Assembly (NCBI GenBank): GCA_023416515.1 | Contig: JAEZHP010000030.1 | Span: 2,999-66,998, forward strand | Direction of reading: 5' to 3' | DNA from: Pseudomonadota bacterium | GTDB lineage: Bacteria > Pseudomonadota > Alphaproteobacteria > Sphingomonadales > Sphingomonadaceae | DNA length: 64,000 nt | Shown: positions 31,147-39,926 of the stretch, piece by piece | How the letters are laid out: every line of letters starts with the position of its first letter | Position numbering within the stretch: the stretch's first letter is position 1 | Program-made: the position numbers and the translations under genes | Notes under the pieces: generated by a model | Databases searched by the model: none | Seen by the model: only the letters and a program-made list of their open reading frames with translations | What the model was told of the DNA's origin: nothing

Positions 31147-31871
31147 CCCGCGCGCGCCAGACGGCGGTCGGCCTCTTGCTCGCGATTGCCGTCATCGCCT
31201 CATGGCTGGCCGTGCATGTCGTCGCGGTCTTCTTGCTGCCGCTCGACGGAGTTGCGCTTGTCTTCGCGCCGCCGCTCGTCCTGCTGCAATGCTGGCTGAG
31301 CGTCGGTCTGTTCATCGTCGCCCACGATTGCATGCACGGCGCGCTCGCGCCGGGACGGCCGGCGCTCAACCGCTACGTCGGCTGCCTCGCCCTGCTCCTC
31401 TACGCCGGCTTCTCCTTCGGCCGGCTCTCTGCAAAGCATTTCGACCATCACCGGCACGCCGGAACCGCGGCCGATCCCGATTTCGACGCCGATCACCCAC
31501 GCCATTTCTGGCCCTGGTATCGGCGCTTCTTCGTTCAGTATTTCGGGATCCGGGAGTTCAGCGTCCTCACGCTGATCGTGGCGGCCTACCTGCTCCTCCT
31601 CGGCGCAGACCTAGAGAACCTGCTCCTATTCTGGGCGCTTCCCGCGATCCTCTCCTCGCTACAGCTCTTCCTGTTTGGCACCTATCTGCCCCATCGCGCC
31701 GGCGACGCGCCGTTCCCGGACAGGCACAATGCGCGCAGCAACGGCTTCGGCCCGGCGCTCTCGCTGCTGACCTGCTTCCACTTCGGCTATCATCATGAGC
31801 ATCACCGCTCGCCGGCGACGCCCTGGTGGAGGCTCCCTGCCGAGCGCGCACTCTCAGTCAGCACGCTCTGA
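31143..31871 (+). CDS. crtW: Beta-carotene ketolase
   Basis: GLFIVAHDCMHG, KHFDHH..GTAADPDF, QLFLFGTYLPHR, CFHFGYHHEHH..PWWRLP. Confidence 0.95.
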   Translation: MTRARQTAVGLLLAIAVIASWLAVHVVAVFLLPLDGVALVFAPPLVLLQCWLSVGLFIVAHDCMHGALAPGRPALNRYVGCLALLLYAGFSFGRLSAKHFDHHRHAGTAADPDFDADHPRHFWPWYRRFFVQYFGIREFSVLTLIVAAYLLLLGADLENLLLFWALPAILSSLQLFLFGTYLPHRAGDAPFPDRHNARSNGFGPALSLLTCFHFGYHHEHHRSPATPWWRLPAERALSVSTL

Positions 31872-32773
31872 TCGGCCGCCCGACCTGCGCGAAGGCTCTC
31901 GACGAAGCTCGACAGCAGGAATCGCAGCTTGACCCGGCGTCGGATCACCACGCGCTCGTCCCACGCCGACGGCCCGAGCGCCGCGACCCTCCGGCCGATC
32001 TCGCCATAGATGCGCGCTGCCGCGAGCACCGCCCAGCGCGCCCGGAACGGCAGTTTCGGAACGCCCTCGCGCGCTTCCCGCTCATAGCGTTCGGCCAGTG
32101 CCACGAGCTGCCCGGCGATCCTCGCGAGCTTTTCCCTGTCGTCCAGCGGAAGCGGACCGGCGGGATCGATTCCCATTTCGCGGAGCCAGGACGCCGGGAC
32201 GTAGCAGCGCCCCTCCTCCTGATCCTCCCGAAGGTCCCTGGCGATGTTCGAAAGCTGGAACGAGATGCCGAGCGCCGAGGCGCTTGCAAGCGTGCGCTCG
32301 TCGCGGGGATCGACGCCCATCACGACGGCCATCATGCATCCGACCGCCCCGGCGACATGGTAGCAATAGGTGATCAGATCGCCCTCGTCCTGCGGGCGCC
32401 AGCCCCTCGTATCGAGCGCGAAACCGGCCAGGTGATCGGTCAGGTAGCGGTGTGGGATGGCGCATTCGTCGAGCACCGCTCCGAGCGCCTGGTAGTGGAA
32501 CTGGTCCGGAGGCGCGCCCGCCAGCGTCTGTCGGGTCAGCGCCTCGATATCTTCGAGAACGCCGACCGGCTGCTCGGAGCGATGGCCGAGCTCCTGCCCG
32601 TCGCAGACGTCGTCACAATGCCGGCACCAGCTGTAAAGCAGCCAGGCGCGCTCGCGTGTCGACCGGTCAAAAAGCTGGCTTGCGGCATGAAAGGAGCGCG
32701 ACCCTTCCCGGATCGTCCGGCTCGCGGTTGCGACGAGCTCGGCGCGATCGGGCAAAGGAGCAGCGGCTCGCAC
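31802..32773 (-). CDS. crtB: Phytoene synthase
   Basis: GSRSFHAAS, LYSWCRHCDDVCDGQ, YCYHVAGAVG, FQLSNIARDLRED..GRCYVP; GTG start overlaps crtI stop. Confidence 0.95.
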   Translation of the reverse strand: MRAAAPLPDRAELVATASRTIREGSRSFHAASQLFDRSTRERAWLLYSWCRHCDDVCDGQELGHRSEQPVGVLEDIEALTRQTLAGAPPDQFHYQALGAVLDECAIPHRYLTDHLAGFALDTRGWRPQDEGDLITYCYHVAGAVGCMMAVVMGVDPRDERTLASASALGISFQLSNIARDLREDQEEGRCYVPASWLREMGIDPAGPLPLDDREKLARIAGQLVALAERYEREAREGVPKLPFRARWAVLAAARIYGEIGRRVAALGPSAWDERVVIRRRVKLRFLLSSFVESLRAGRAADQSVLTESARSAGSLHQGVAGER

Positions 32774-34251
32774 TAGGCGGCCAGATCGGCGATCATCAGG
32801 CCCGCCGTGGCCTTGGCGCTTCCCACCACGCCGGGGATCCCGGCTCCTGGATGGGTTCCCGCTCCAACGAAGTAGAGGTTCTCGATCTCGTCGTCGCGAT
32901 TGTGGACCCGGAACCAGGCGCTCTGGGTGAGCAGCGGCTCGAGGCTGAACGCCGATCCCAAATGCGAGTTGAGATCGCTCTCGAAATCCTGCGGCGTGTA
33001 ATGGAAGGCCGGCCCCAGCCGCCCGGACAGGCCCGGCAGCATCCGCTCCTCTACGACCTCCAGGATTCGGTCGCGGTAGCGCGGCCCCTCGACCGCCCAG
33101 TCGACCTTCGCCTGGCCGAGATGCGGCACCGGCGCCAGCGCGTAGAAGGTCGAATGACCCGGCGGCGCCATGTTCGGATCGGTCGCAGTCGGATGATGGA
33201 CATAGAGCGAAGGATCGTCGGGGAGCCCGTGCCCGCGGTAGATGTCGCTCAGCAGCCCCTCGTAGCGCGGTCCGAACAGGATCGAATGGTGCGGCACGTC
33301 CCGCCAAGCGCCTTCCGTTCCGAAGTGCACCACGAACAAGGAGGGCGAGAAACGCTTGCGGCGAAGCCTTTTCGCCGCCCGTGCGCCGCGCTTGCCTTCG
33401 ACCATCTCGTAGGTCCGCACCACGTCGGCATTCGAGGCGACGGCGTCGAAGCTTCCGGACCAGCCGCTGCGCGTCCGCACGCTATTTAGCCGACCGCTCG
33501 CCGTCCCGATCGCCGCAACAGGATCGCCGAGGCGGACAGAGCCCCCCAGCCGCTCGAAATGGCGGACCATTCCAGCCACCAGCGCTTTGGTGCCGCCCTT
33601 GGCAAACCACACGCCCCCCTCGCGCTCGAGCTTGTGAATGAGCGCGTAGATCGCGCTCGTCGTCATCGGGTTTCCGCCGACCAGGAGCGTGTGGAAGGAG
33701 AGCGCCTGCCTCAGTTTCTCGTTGCGAACGAAGCTCGACACGATCGAATAGACGGAACGCCACGCCTGGTGGCGCGCAAGCTGAGGGGCGGCTCGAAGCA
33801 TTGACGAGAAGTCGAGGAACGGTACCGCACCGAGCTTCTCATAGCCTTCGGCATAGACTCCGGCCGAATAGCGCAGGAACTTGCGGTAGCCCTCGACGTC
33901 GGCCGGATCGAGCGCGGCGATCTGCTCGTCGAGCCGCCCCTCATCGTCGAGATAGTCGAACTGCGTTCCGTCGGGCCATGACAGGCGGTAGAAGGGCGAG
34001 ACCGGGATCAGCTCGACGTCTGCGGCCATATCCGCGCCGCTCAGCGCCCACAGGTCGCGCAGGCAGGCGGGGTCGGTGATCACCGTCGGCCCCGCGTCGA
34101 ACACGTGCCCGTCCTTCTCCCAGAAATAGGCGCGCCCGCCCGGCTTGTCCCGAGCCTCGATGATCGTCGTCGCGATGCCGGCCGACTGAAGCCGAATGGC
34201 GAGCGCCAGTCCGCCGAAGCCGGCCCCGATCACTGCAGCGCTTCGGGTCAT
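32773..34251 (-). CDS. crtI: Phytoene desaturase
   Basis: VIGAGFGGLALAIRLQ, FDAGPTVIT, FSLEPLLTQSAWFR, VGAGTHPGAGIPGV. Confidence 0.97.
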   Translation of the reverse strand: MTRSAAVIGAGFGGLALAIRLQSAGIATTIIEARDKPGGRAYFWEKDGHVFDAGPTVITDPACLRDLWALSGADMAADVELIPVSPFYRLSWPDGTQFDYLDDEGRLDEQIAALDPADVEGYRKFLRYSAGVYAEGYEKLGAVPFLDFSSMLRAAPQLARHQAWRSVYSIVSSFVRNEKLRQALSFHTLLVGGNPMTTSAIYALIHKLEREGGVWFAKGGTKALVAGMVRHFERLGGSVRLGDPVAAIGTASGRLNSVRTRSGWSGSFDAVASNADVVRTYEMVEGKRGARAAKRLRRKRFSPSLFVVHFGTEGAWRDVPHHSILFGPRYEGLLSDIYRGHGLPDDPSLYVHHPTATDPNMAPPGHSTFYALAPVPHLGQAKVDWAVEGPRYRDRILEVVEERMLPGLSGRLGPAFHYTPQDFESDLNSHLGSAFSLEPLLTQSAWFRVHNRDDEIENLYFVGAGTHPGAGIPGVVGSAKATAGLMIADLAA

Positions 34252-35393
34252 GCCGCGCTTCTCCGGATCGCGCCGATCGCACGCGGGATCGACACCGGCG
34301 GGCGTCCCGAGAGGATGCGGATCTTGTCCATCCGCGACAGGGATGAGGAATAGAATCGGCCGACCGTCGCCTCCGGAAGCCGGTAAAAATGTTCGAGGAT
34401 TCGATAGCGCTCCGGACCAGGCGCGGCCCGGAACAGCATTCGGTTGAGGAGCCGAAAGAAGCCGCGCTCGTTCCACAACGCGATCGCTCGCCGGCGAAGC
34501 AGGTCATGCAAGGACGCAGTCGACAGGTCCCGCTGCCTCATCAGCATCAGCGCGTTGGCGACGGCGTCGGGAAGCGAGTAACCGGTCGTGGGGTGAAAGA
34601 AGCCGCCGCGAAGCCCAAGGCGCGGCAGCGGCTCGGCCTCCGGCCACAACGGTTCCACTGCACCGTCGAGCACGATCGGCAGGACTCCCGCTTCCTCACC
34701 GATGACTTCTGCCGCACCATCGAAGCAGCCCGCCAGATAGGCGTCGAGCCGCTCGCGAACCGTGGGCACGTCCAGAACCGGGCCGTCGGAATAATAAGTG
34801 TCCTCAACCATCAGCTCCGCTTCGTCGAACGGAAGCGTGTAGACGAAGCGATAGCCGTCCTCCTGGGGAACGGTGGCGTCCATGATGATCGGAGTCGAAC
34901 GCTCGTGCGGGCGCGATGTCCTGAACGTTCGGCCGACGAATTTCTGCCAGGCCAGCTCCAGCCCCGGAAAGTCGGCGGCGCCTCGCGCGTCGACGATCGC
35001 GTCCGCGACGAGCTTTTCGCCGCTTTCCAGCCGCACGTATTCGGCGGTGATCTCGACGACCTGGCTACGCAAAATGCGCTCGGCCGGGAGTCGGGCGCGG
35101 ACCACCCTGTCCAATCGTTCCGACCGGATGCTGTTATAGCCAACCGACAGGCGCCGCTGTCGCTTTGGAAAGATGATCTCGTGATTGGGCCAGCGCCGCG
35201 TGACAAGCGGTTGGACGAGGGCTCGGCCGTCGGCGTCGAGGTCACTGTCGAAGAAAGACCAGACGTGGTTCCCACCAAGCTTGTCGCCCTGCTCAACGAG
35301 CAACAGATCGATTTCCGCCCGATGCCGGGTCAAGGCTAGCGCAAGGAGCGATCCGGCAAGTCCGCCGCCGACGATGATCAGCGAGCTTCTCAT
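34248..35393 (-). CDS. crtY: Lycopene beta-cyclase
   Basis: IVGGGLAG, GGNHVWSFF, QKFVG, IMDATVPQ.DGYRFVY.LP, EDTYYSD, FHPTTGYSLP. Confidence 0.96.
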   Translation of the reverse strand: MRSSLIIVGGGLAGSLLALALTRHRAEIDLLLVEQGDKLGGNHVWSFFDSDLDADGRALVQPLVTRRWPNHEIIFPKRQRRLSVGYNSIRSERLDRVVRARLPAERILRSQVVEITAEYVRLESGEKLVADAIVDARGAADFPGLELAWQKFVGRTFRTSRPHERSTPIIMDATVPQEDGYRFVYTLPFDEAELMVEDTYYSDGPVLDVPTVRERLDAYLAGCFDGAAEVIGEEAGVLPIVLDGAVEPLWPEAEPLPRLGLRGGFFHPTTGYSLPDAVANALMLMRQRDLSTASLHDLLRRRAIALWNERGFFRLLNRMLFRAAPGPERYRILEHFYRLPEATVGRFYSSSLSRMDKIRILSGRPPVSIPRAIGAIRRSAA

Positions 35394-35455
35394 CCGAAAT
35401 CCTCGCCCAAAGGATGTATGGCGAGCGCGGCGTTGGGCGCGTACGGTCCAACCCT

Positions 35456-35881
35456 ATGAATATCCTCAAGATCGCGGCTGCGACGCCGCTCCTGCTGCTG
35501 ACCGCCGCGCAGGATACTGGCCAGGTCGAGGTCTCTATCGAAGGCCTTAGGAACGGGCGTGGCGACGTTCATCTCTGCCTGACCCGGGAAGAGCGGCATT
35601 TTCCGAACTGCCGCAACGATCCGGCGGCGATCAAGCGTACCGTGCCGGCGTCGACCAGCCGCGTGACCCTGAATGTCGCGCCCGGCGAATATGCGCTTTC
35701 GGTGTTCCACGACGAGAACAGGGACCGGGAGCTCGACACCATGCTGCGGATACCACGTGAAGGCTTCGGCTTCTCGCGGAATCCGCGCATCCGCTTTGGA
35801 GCACCGCGTTTCAGGGATGTGCGCGTCAGCATCCCGGCGGGCTTCACCCGCTTGTCCGTCCGCATGCAATACATGCTTTAG
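35456..35881 (+). CDS. DUF2141 family exported protein
   Basis: Signal-like N-terminus, GLRN..G.V, PGEYALSVFHDEN..LD..IPREGFGFSRN. Confidence 0.85.
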   Translation: MNILKIAAATPLLLLTAAQDTGQVEVSIEGLRNGRGDVHLCLTREERHFPNCRNDPAAIKRTVPASTSRVTLNVAPGEYALSVFHDENRDRELDTMLRIPREGFGFSRNPRIRFGAPRFRDVRVSIPAGFTRLSVRMQYML

Positions 35882-35945
35882 GCCATGTGGATTCGCGTGA
35901 TCTTTGCACGTACCACCGAAGTCGGGGGTGCGATGCAGGATTACG

Positions 35946-36932
35946 ATGCTAGATCTTCCATCCACCATTTCCGCGCAGGCGGCGGCAGGTACTGACGATT
36001 TCCGTCCCGAGATCGAATTGCTTCTCGCCAATCCGCGCGGCTTCTGCGCGGGAGTGCGCCGTGCCATCGACGCCGTCCGCGACGCGCTGAAGGTTCACGG
36101 GCCGCCGGTCTATGTGCGCCGGCCGATTGTTCACAATCTCGCCGTCGTCCGCGAGCTGGAGGGTGAGGGCGCGATCTTCGTAGAGGAACTTGCGCAGGTT
36201 CCCGACGGCGCCGTTGTCGTCCTCTCGGCGCACGGCGTTCCCCTCTCAGTCCAAAAAGAAGCCAGGTCTCGCGGCCTGCGCGCGTATGACGCGGTGTGTC
36301 CGCTGGTTGCAAAGGTCCATCGCCAGGTGGAACGCTTTCACCGCGACGGGCGCCAGATCATCCTGGTCGGCCATCAGGGCCATCCCGAGGTCGAGGGAAC
36401 TACGGGTCGCCTTCCGGCGGGAAGCACCCATGTTGTGAAATCGGTGGATGAGGCGGCTGCGTTGCCCCTGCGGGCCGATGCCCCGAGCGCGGTGGCAGTC
36501 CAGACCACCTACTCGGTCGAGGACGCGGAGGAGATAGTCAATGTCCTGCGCACGCGCTTCAGCGACCTCGTCGAGCCGCCCACCAGCGACATCTGCTACG
36601 CCACTACGAACCGCCAGCGAGCCATCCGTGTCATTGCGGACCAGGCCACTGCGGTGATCGTCGTCGGCGAAACCTTCTCGTCCAATGCCCGCCGTCTTGC
36701 AGAGGTCGCATCGCTTCGCTGCCGGTCGGTGCAGCTGGTGCCGGACGCTTCCGAGCTCGACTGGTCGCGCCTGCCCCGGTCCGGCGTGGTCGGGGTAACC
36801 GCCGCCGCGTCGACTCCCGAATTGAGCGTCGCCGGAGTCATCGACGCGCTGGCCGGCCGTTATCGGCTTCGGGTCAGGGACGTCGGCGGCGCCGAGGAAA
36901 GCACCGAGTTCAAGCGGGTGGCGATCGGATGA
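35946..36932 (+). CDS. ispH: 4-hydroxy-3-methylbut-2-enyl diphosphate reductase
   Basis: PRGFCAGV, IVHN, SAHGV, DAVCPLV, GHPEV, QTT, DICYATTNRQ, SSN. Confidence 0.93.
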   Translation: MLDLPSTISAQAAAGTDDFRPEIELLLANPRGFCAGVRRAIDAVRDALKVHGPPVYVRRPIVHNLAVVRELEGEGAIFVEELAQVPDGAVVVLSAHGVPLSVQKEARSRGLRAYDAVCPLVAKVHRQVERFHRDGRQIILVGHQGHPEVEGTTGRLPAGSTHVVKSVDEAAALPLRADAPSAVAVQTTYSVEDAEEIVNVLRTRFSDLVEPPTSDICYATTNRQRAIRVIADQATAVIVVGETFSSNARRLAEVASLRCRSVQLVPDASELDWSRLPRSGVVGVTAAASTPELSVAGVIDALAGRYRLRVRDVGGAEESTEFKRVAIG

Positions 36933-37831
36933 GCAGCCGCGGACCCGCCCCAAGCCTCCCGTCCTCGACCCATCGCATTCGTGCGGACATCGACGCGATG
37001 TTCACCGCGCTGCTTTCGGAGCCCGACGACCAGAGCGCGCGGCTATTCGATGCGATGCGCTACGCTGCCGTCGGAGGAAAGCGGCTCCGACCGCTGCTGA
37101 CAATCGCGTCCGCAAACCTGTTCGGCGTACCCGAGTCCTACTCACTTTGGGCTGCGCTGGCCGTCGAATGCGTACACGTCCACTCGCTCATCCACGACGA
37201 CTTACCGTGCATGGACGACGACGATCTGCGCCGCGGCCGGCCGACCGTCCACTGCGCGTTTGATGAGGCGACGGCGGTCCTCGCCGGCGACGCGCTGCTC
37301 GCTCTTGCCTTCGAAATTCTGGCGGATCCGGCCACCCACCCGTCCGCCGAGGTCAGGACGCACCTCACGGTCGAGCTGGCCCGCGCATCCGGAGCGTCCG
37401 GGATGGCCGGCGGCCAGATGATTGATCTTATCGCAGAGGGAATCGAACTCGACCTCGACGGCGTGACTCGCCTCCAGCGCCTCAAGACCGGTGCCCTCAT
37501 CAGCTGGTGCGCCGACGCCGGCGCCATCCTCGGCGAAGCCCCCTCCGACTACCGCCTAAGCCTCCGCGGCTATGCCCAATGCGTCGGGCTGGCGTTTCAG
37601 ATTGCCGATGATCTTCTCGATTGCAGCGGCGACGAAGCCGCAGTCGGCAAGCGACTTGGAAAAGATGCCGCGCAGGGGAAAGCCACTTTTGTGACCTTGT
37701 TGGGGGAGGAGCGTGCTCGTCGGCAGGCCGATCTGTTGGTCGAGCAGGCGATCGCCCACCTCCACGCGTTTGGGCGGAGCGCGGCCCCTCTCGAGGCGAT
37801 CGCGCGCTATGCGATCACTCGGGATCGTTGA
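36929..37831 (+). CDS. crtE: Polyprenyl diphosphate synthase, probably GGPP synthase
   Basis: GGKRLRP, SLIHDDLPCMDDDDLRRG, GQMIDL, KTG, FQIADDLLD, GKD..GKATF; located in the crt cluster. Confidence 0.82.
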   Translation: MSSRGPAPSLPSSTHRIRADIDAMFTALLSEPDDQSARLFDAMRYAAVGGKRLRPLLTIASANLFGVPESYSLWAALAVECVHVHSLIHDDLPCMDDDDLRRGRPTVHCAFDEATAVLAGDALLALAFEILADPATHPSAEVRTHLTVELARASGASGMAGGQMIDLIAEGIELDLDGVTRLQRLKTGALISWCADAGAILGEAPSDYRLSLRGYAQCVGLAFQIADDLLDCSGDEAAVGKRLGKDAAQGKATFVTLLGEERARRQADLLVEQAIAHLHAFGRSAAPLEAIARYAITRDR

Positions 37832-38462
37832 GCTGAAGGCCAGCTTCCACCCCGATCCGGATGGCGTCAGCTGACGTGGGCGCGTTGAGCCTGTCGAGCA
37901 GGCGGGCGCGGTGCATCTTCACGGTCTTCTCGTCGATTCCGAGCAACCCGGCGATCTGCTTGTTGCGCAACCCGCGGATGAGGAACTCCAGAACCTCGCG
38001 CTGGCGGACCGTGAGAGAGGACACCAGCGTCCTCGCATCGCGTGCCCTAGCGCTGGCGAGATCGGCGCCGACCCCCACGTCCATCTGTGAGCCGATGAAA
38101 TAGACGAGGTCGCCGGCCTGGTCGCGCACCGGCGCGATCATCACCGCGTTGCGGAATTCAGAGCCGTCCTTGCGATAATTGGTGAGCTCGACCAGCGCCG
38201 GCTCCCCCGCGGCGACGGCGCGCGCGAGCTCGGCGCGAGGACGGGCTTCGGTCTCCGGTCTCGCCAGGAACCGGCAGTTGCGCCCAATGATCTCTCCCTC
38301 CGTATAGCCGGTCAGGCGGCAGAACGCGGAATTGGCTGCGACGATCGGGTTGTCCGGCTGGCGCGCATCGGTGATCACGGTGGCGATGGGGGTATGACGA
38401 ATCGAGCCGAGAAGCGCCTCGAACTCGGCACCGTTTGGCAAGTTGTCGTCGAGCGCGCTCAC
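37815..38462 (-). CDS. LOV-LuxR HTH blue-light transcription factor (EL222-like)
   Basis: DNPIV, GRNCRFLA photoactive Cys, NYRKDG..F.N, FIGSQ; HTH RNKQIA..EKTVKMHR..TSADAIRIGVEAG. Confidence 0.93.
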   Translation of the reverse strand: MSALDDNLPNGAEFEALLGSIRHTPIATVITDARQPDNPIVAANSAFCRLTGYTEGEIIGRNCRFLARPETEARPRAELARAVAAGEPALVELTNYRKDGSEFRNAVMIAPVRDQAGDLVYFIGSQMDVGVGADLASARARDARTLVSSLTVRQREVLEFLIRGLRNKQIAGLLGIDEKTVKMHRARLLDRLNAPTSADAIRIGVEAGLQLNDPE

Positions 38463-39301
38463 TCACCCTTCCTAACCGCTTGAGAAACATTGGGCGAGAG
38501 GGAGAGAAGAGCGACAGCCTCTTTAAGCAATTCCTCGGATGCCGCAGCCACCAACTTACCCGCCGAAAGATCTTCTCCGCCAAACCAGTTGCTCACCACT
38601 CCGCCTGCTGCCGTCACGACCGGCAGCAAGGCGTTCATGTCGTGAGGGGCCAGACCGCTCTCGATGACGAGGTCCAGGCCGCCGGCGGCGAGCCGTGCGT
38701 AGGCGTAGCCGTCGAGACCATAGCGGGTCAGCCGCACCCGCTCCCTCACGCGTTCGAAGCCGCCGCGCTCGCTTGCCGTGAACAGGTATGGATCGGTGGT
38801 CGACAGCCGCGCTTCGGCGAGGCTGCGGCAGCCGCTGGTGCGAAGCACGCTTCGCCCGGTTTCGGTAATCAGATGACCGACCTCGCCATGTCCCACGAAA
38901 CGTTCGCCGAGGCGCGGCGTCTCGATCACGCCTACCACCGGGCGCCCCTCATCCAGCAGCGCGATCAGCACCGTCCAGCTTGGCAGGCCGCAGATGAAGG
39001 AGCGGGTGCCGTCGATCGGATCCAGGCTCCAGCAATACCGGCCCGATGTGGCGGTCGGGCCGAACTCCTCGCCCTCGCTGCCATGATCGGGCCAGCGCTG
39101 CGCGATCAGATCTCGCATCACCCGCTCGACCGCGCGATCCGCCCGGGTCACCGGATCGAAGGCCGCGCCGCCGCTCTTGTCCTCGACACCCCATTCAGAC
39201 GAGTCCCAGCGCAACGCCTCATTCCGCGCCGCGTCGGCGACATCCTCGGCGAAGGCCGCATAGGCCGCAAGATCACTCAACCTTCTCTCCTTCCACCGCA
39301 T
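38459..39301 (-). CDS. hisN: Histidinol-phosphate phosphatase, inositol monophosphatase family
   Basis: DPVTRADRAVE, GEEFG, WSLDPIDGTRSF, DGYAY, last his gene of the operon. Confidence 0.85.
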   Translation of the reverse strand: MRWKERRLSDLAAYAAFAEDVADAARNEALRWDSSEWGVEDKSGGAAFDPVTRADRAVERVMRDLIAQRWPDHGSEGEEFGPTATSGRYCWSLDPIDGTRSFICGLPSWTVLIALLDEGRPVVGVIETPRLGERFVGHGEVGHLITETGRSVLRTSGCRSLAEARLSTTDPYLFTASERGGFERVRERVRLTRYGLDGYAYARLAAGGLDLVIESGLAPHDMNALLPVVTAAGGVVSNWFGGEDLSAGKLVAAASEELLKEAVALLSLSPNVSQAVRKGE

Positions 39302-39926
39302 GCCGGGAACGAAGGACGGCGACGACCTCGTTCCAGCCGAAACCCCGCGCTTCCATCAGGACGGCCACGTGATACATCAGGTCCGCGACCTCCTCTGTGC
39401 ACTGTTCCGGCGACGAGCCGGCGGCAGCCAGCGCGACCTCGACGCCTTCCTCGCCGATCTTCTGGGCAATGCGCGCTGGTCCCTGAGCAAGCAGCTTCCG
39501 AGTGTAGCTCTCCTCGCTCCCGCCGGCGGCCCGGTCGGCGACGATGCGCGAGAGTTCGGCAAGCCATTCCGGCCCGTCACACACAACCTCGCCGAAACAG
39601 CTGGCGGTGCCGCGGTGGCACGTCGGCCCCTCGGGATCGACGAGGACGAGCAAGGCATCGCCGTCGCAGTCGGCATGCACAGAAGCGACGCGAAGCGCGT
39701 TGCCGCTCGTCTCGCCCTTGGTCCACAGCCGCTGCTTCGACCGGCTCCAAAAGGTAACGCGCCCGCTTTCGAAAGTCGCATCGAGCGCTTCGCGGTTCAT
39801 GTATCCGAGCATCAACACCCGCGCGGAGTTCCGGTTCTGCACCGTCACCGGCAACAGGCCGTCCATTTTCTGCCAGGCCAACAACCCGGCGTCTTCAGCC
39901 GTCAGCGGCGCATTTCGATCCCGCAT
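39273..39926 (-). CDS. hisIE: Bifunctional phosphoribosyl-AMP cyclohydrolase / phosphoribosyl-ATP pyrophosphatase
   Basis: [59 protein letters not shown]. Confidence 0.95.
   Translation of the reverse strand: MRDRNAPLTAEDAGLLAWQKMDGLLPVTVQNRNSARVLMLGYMNREALDATFESGRVTFWSRSKQRLWTKGETSGNALRVASVHADCDGDALLVLVDPEGPTCHRGTASCFGEVVCDGPEWLAELSRIVADRAAGGSEESYTRKLLAQGPARIAQKIGEEGVEVALAAAGSSPEQCTEEVADLMYHVAVLMEARGFGWNEVVAVLRSRHAVEGEKVE

Noticed and set aside
29185..35945. EL222-type RGNCYWWRGNCY sites in crt promoters
   Set aside because: No convincing match found by eye in the intergenic regions; needs a PWM scan
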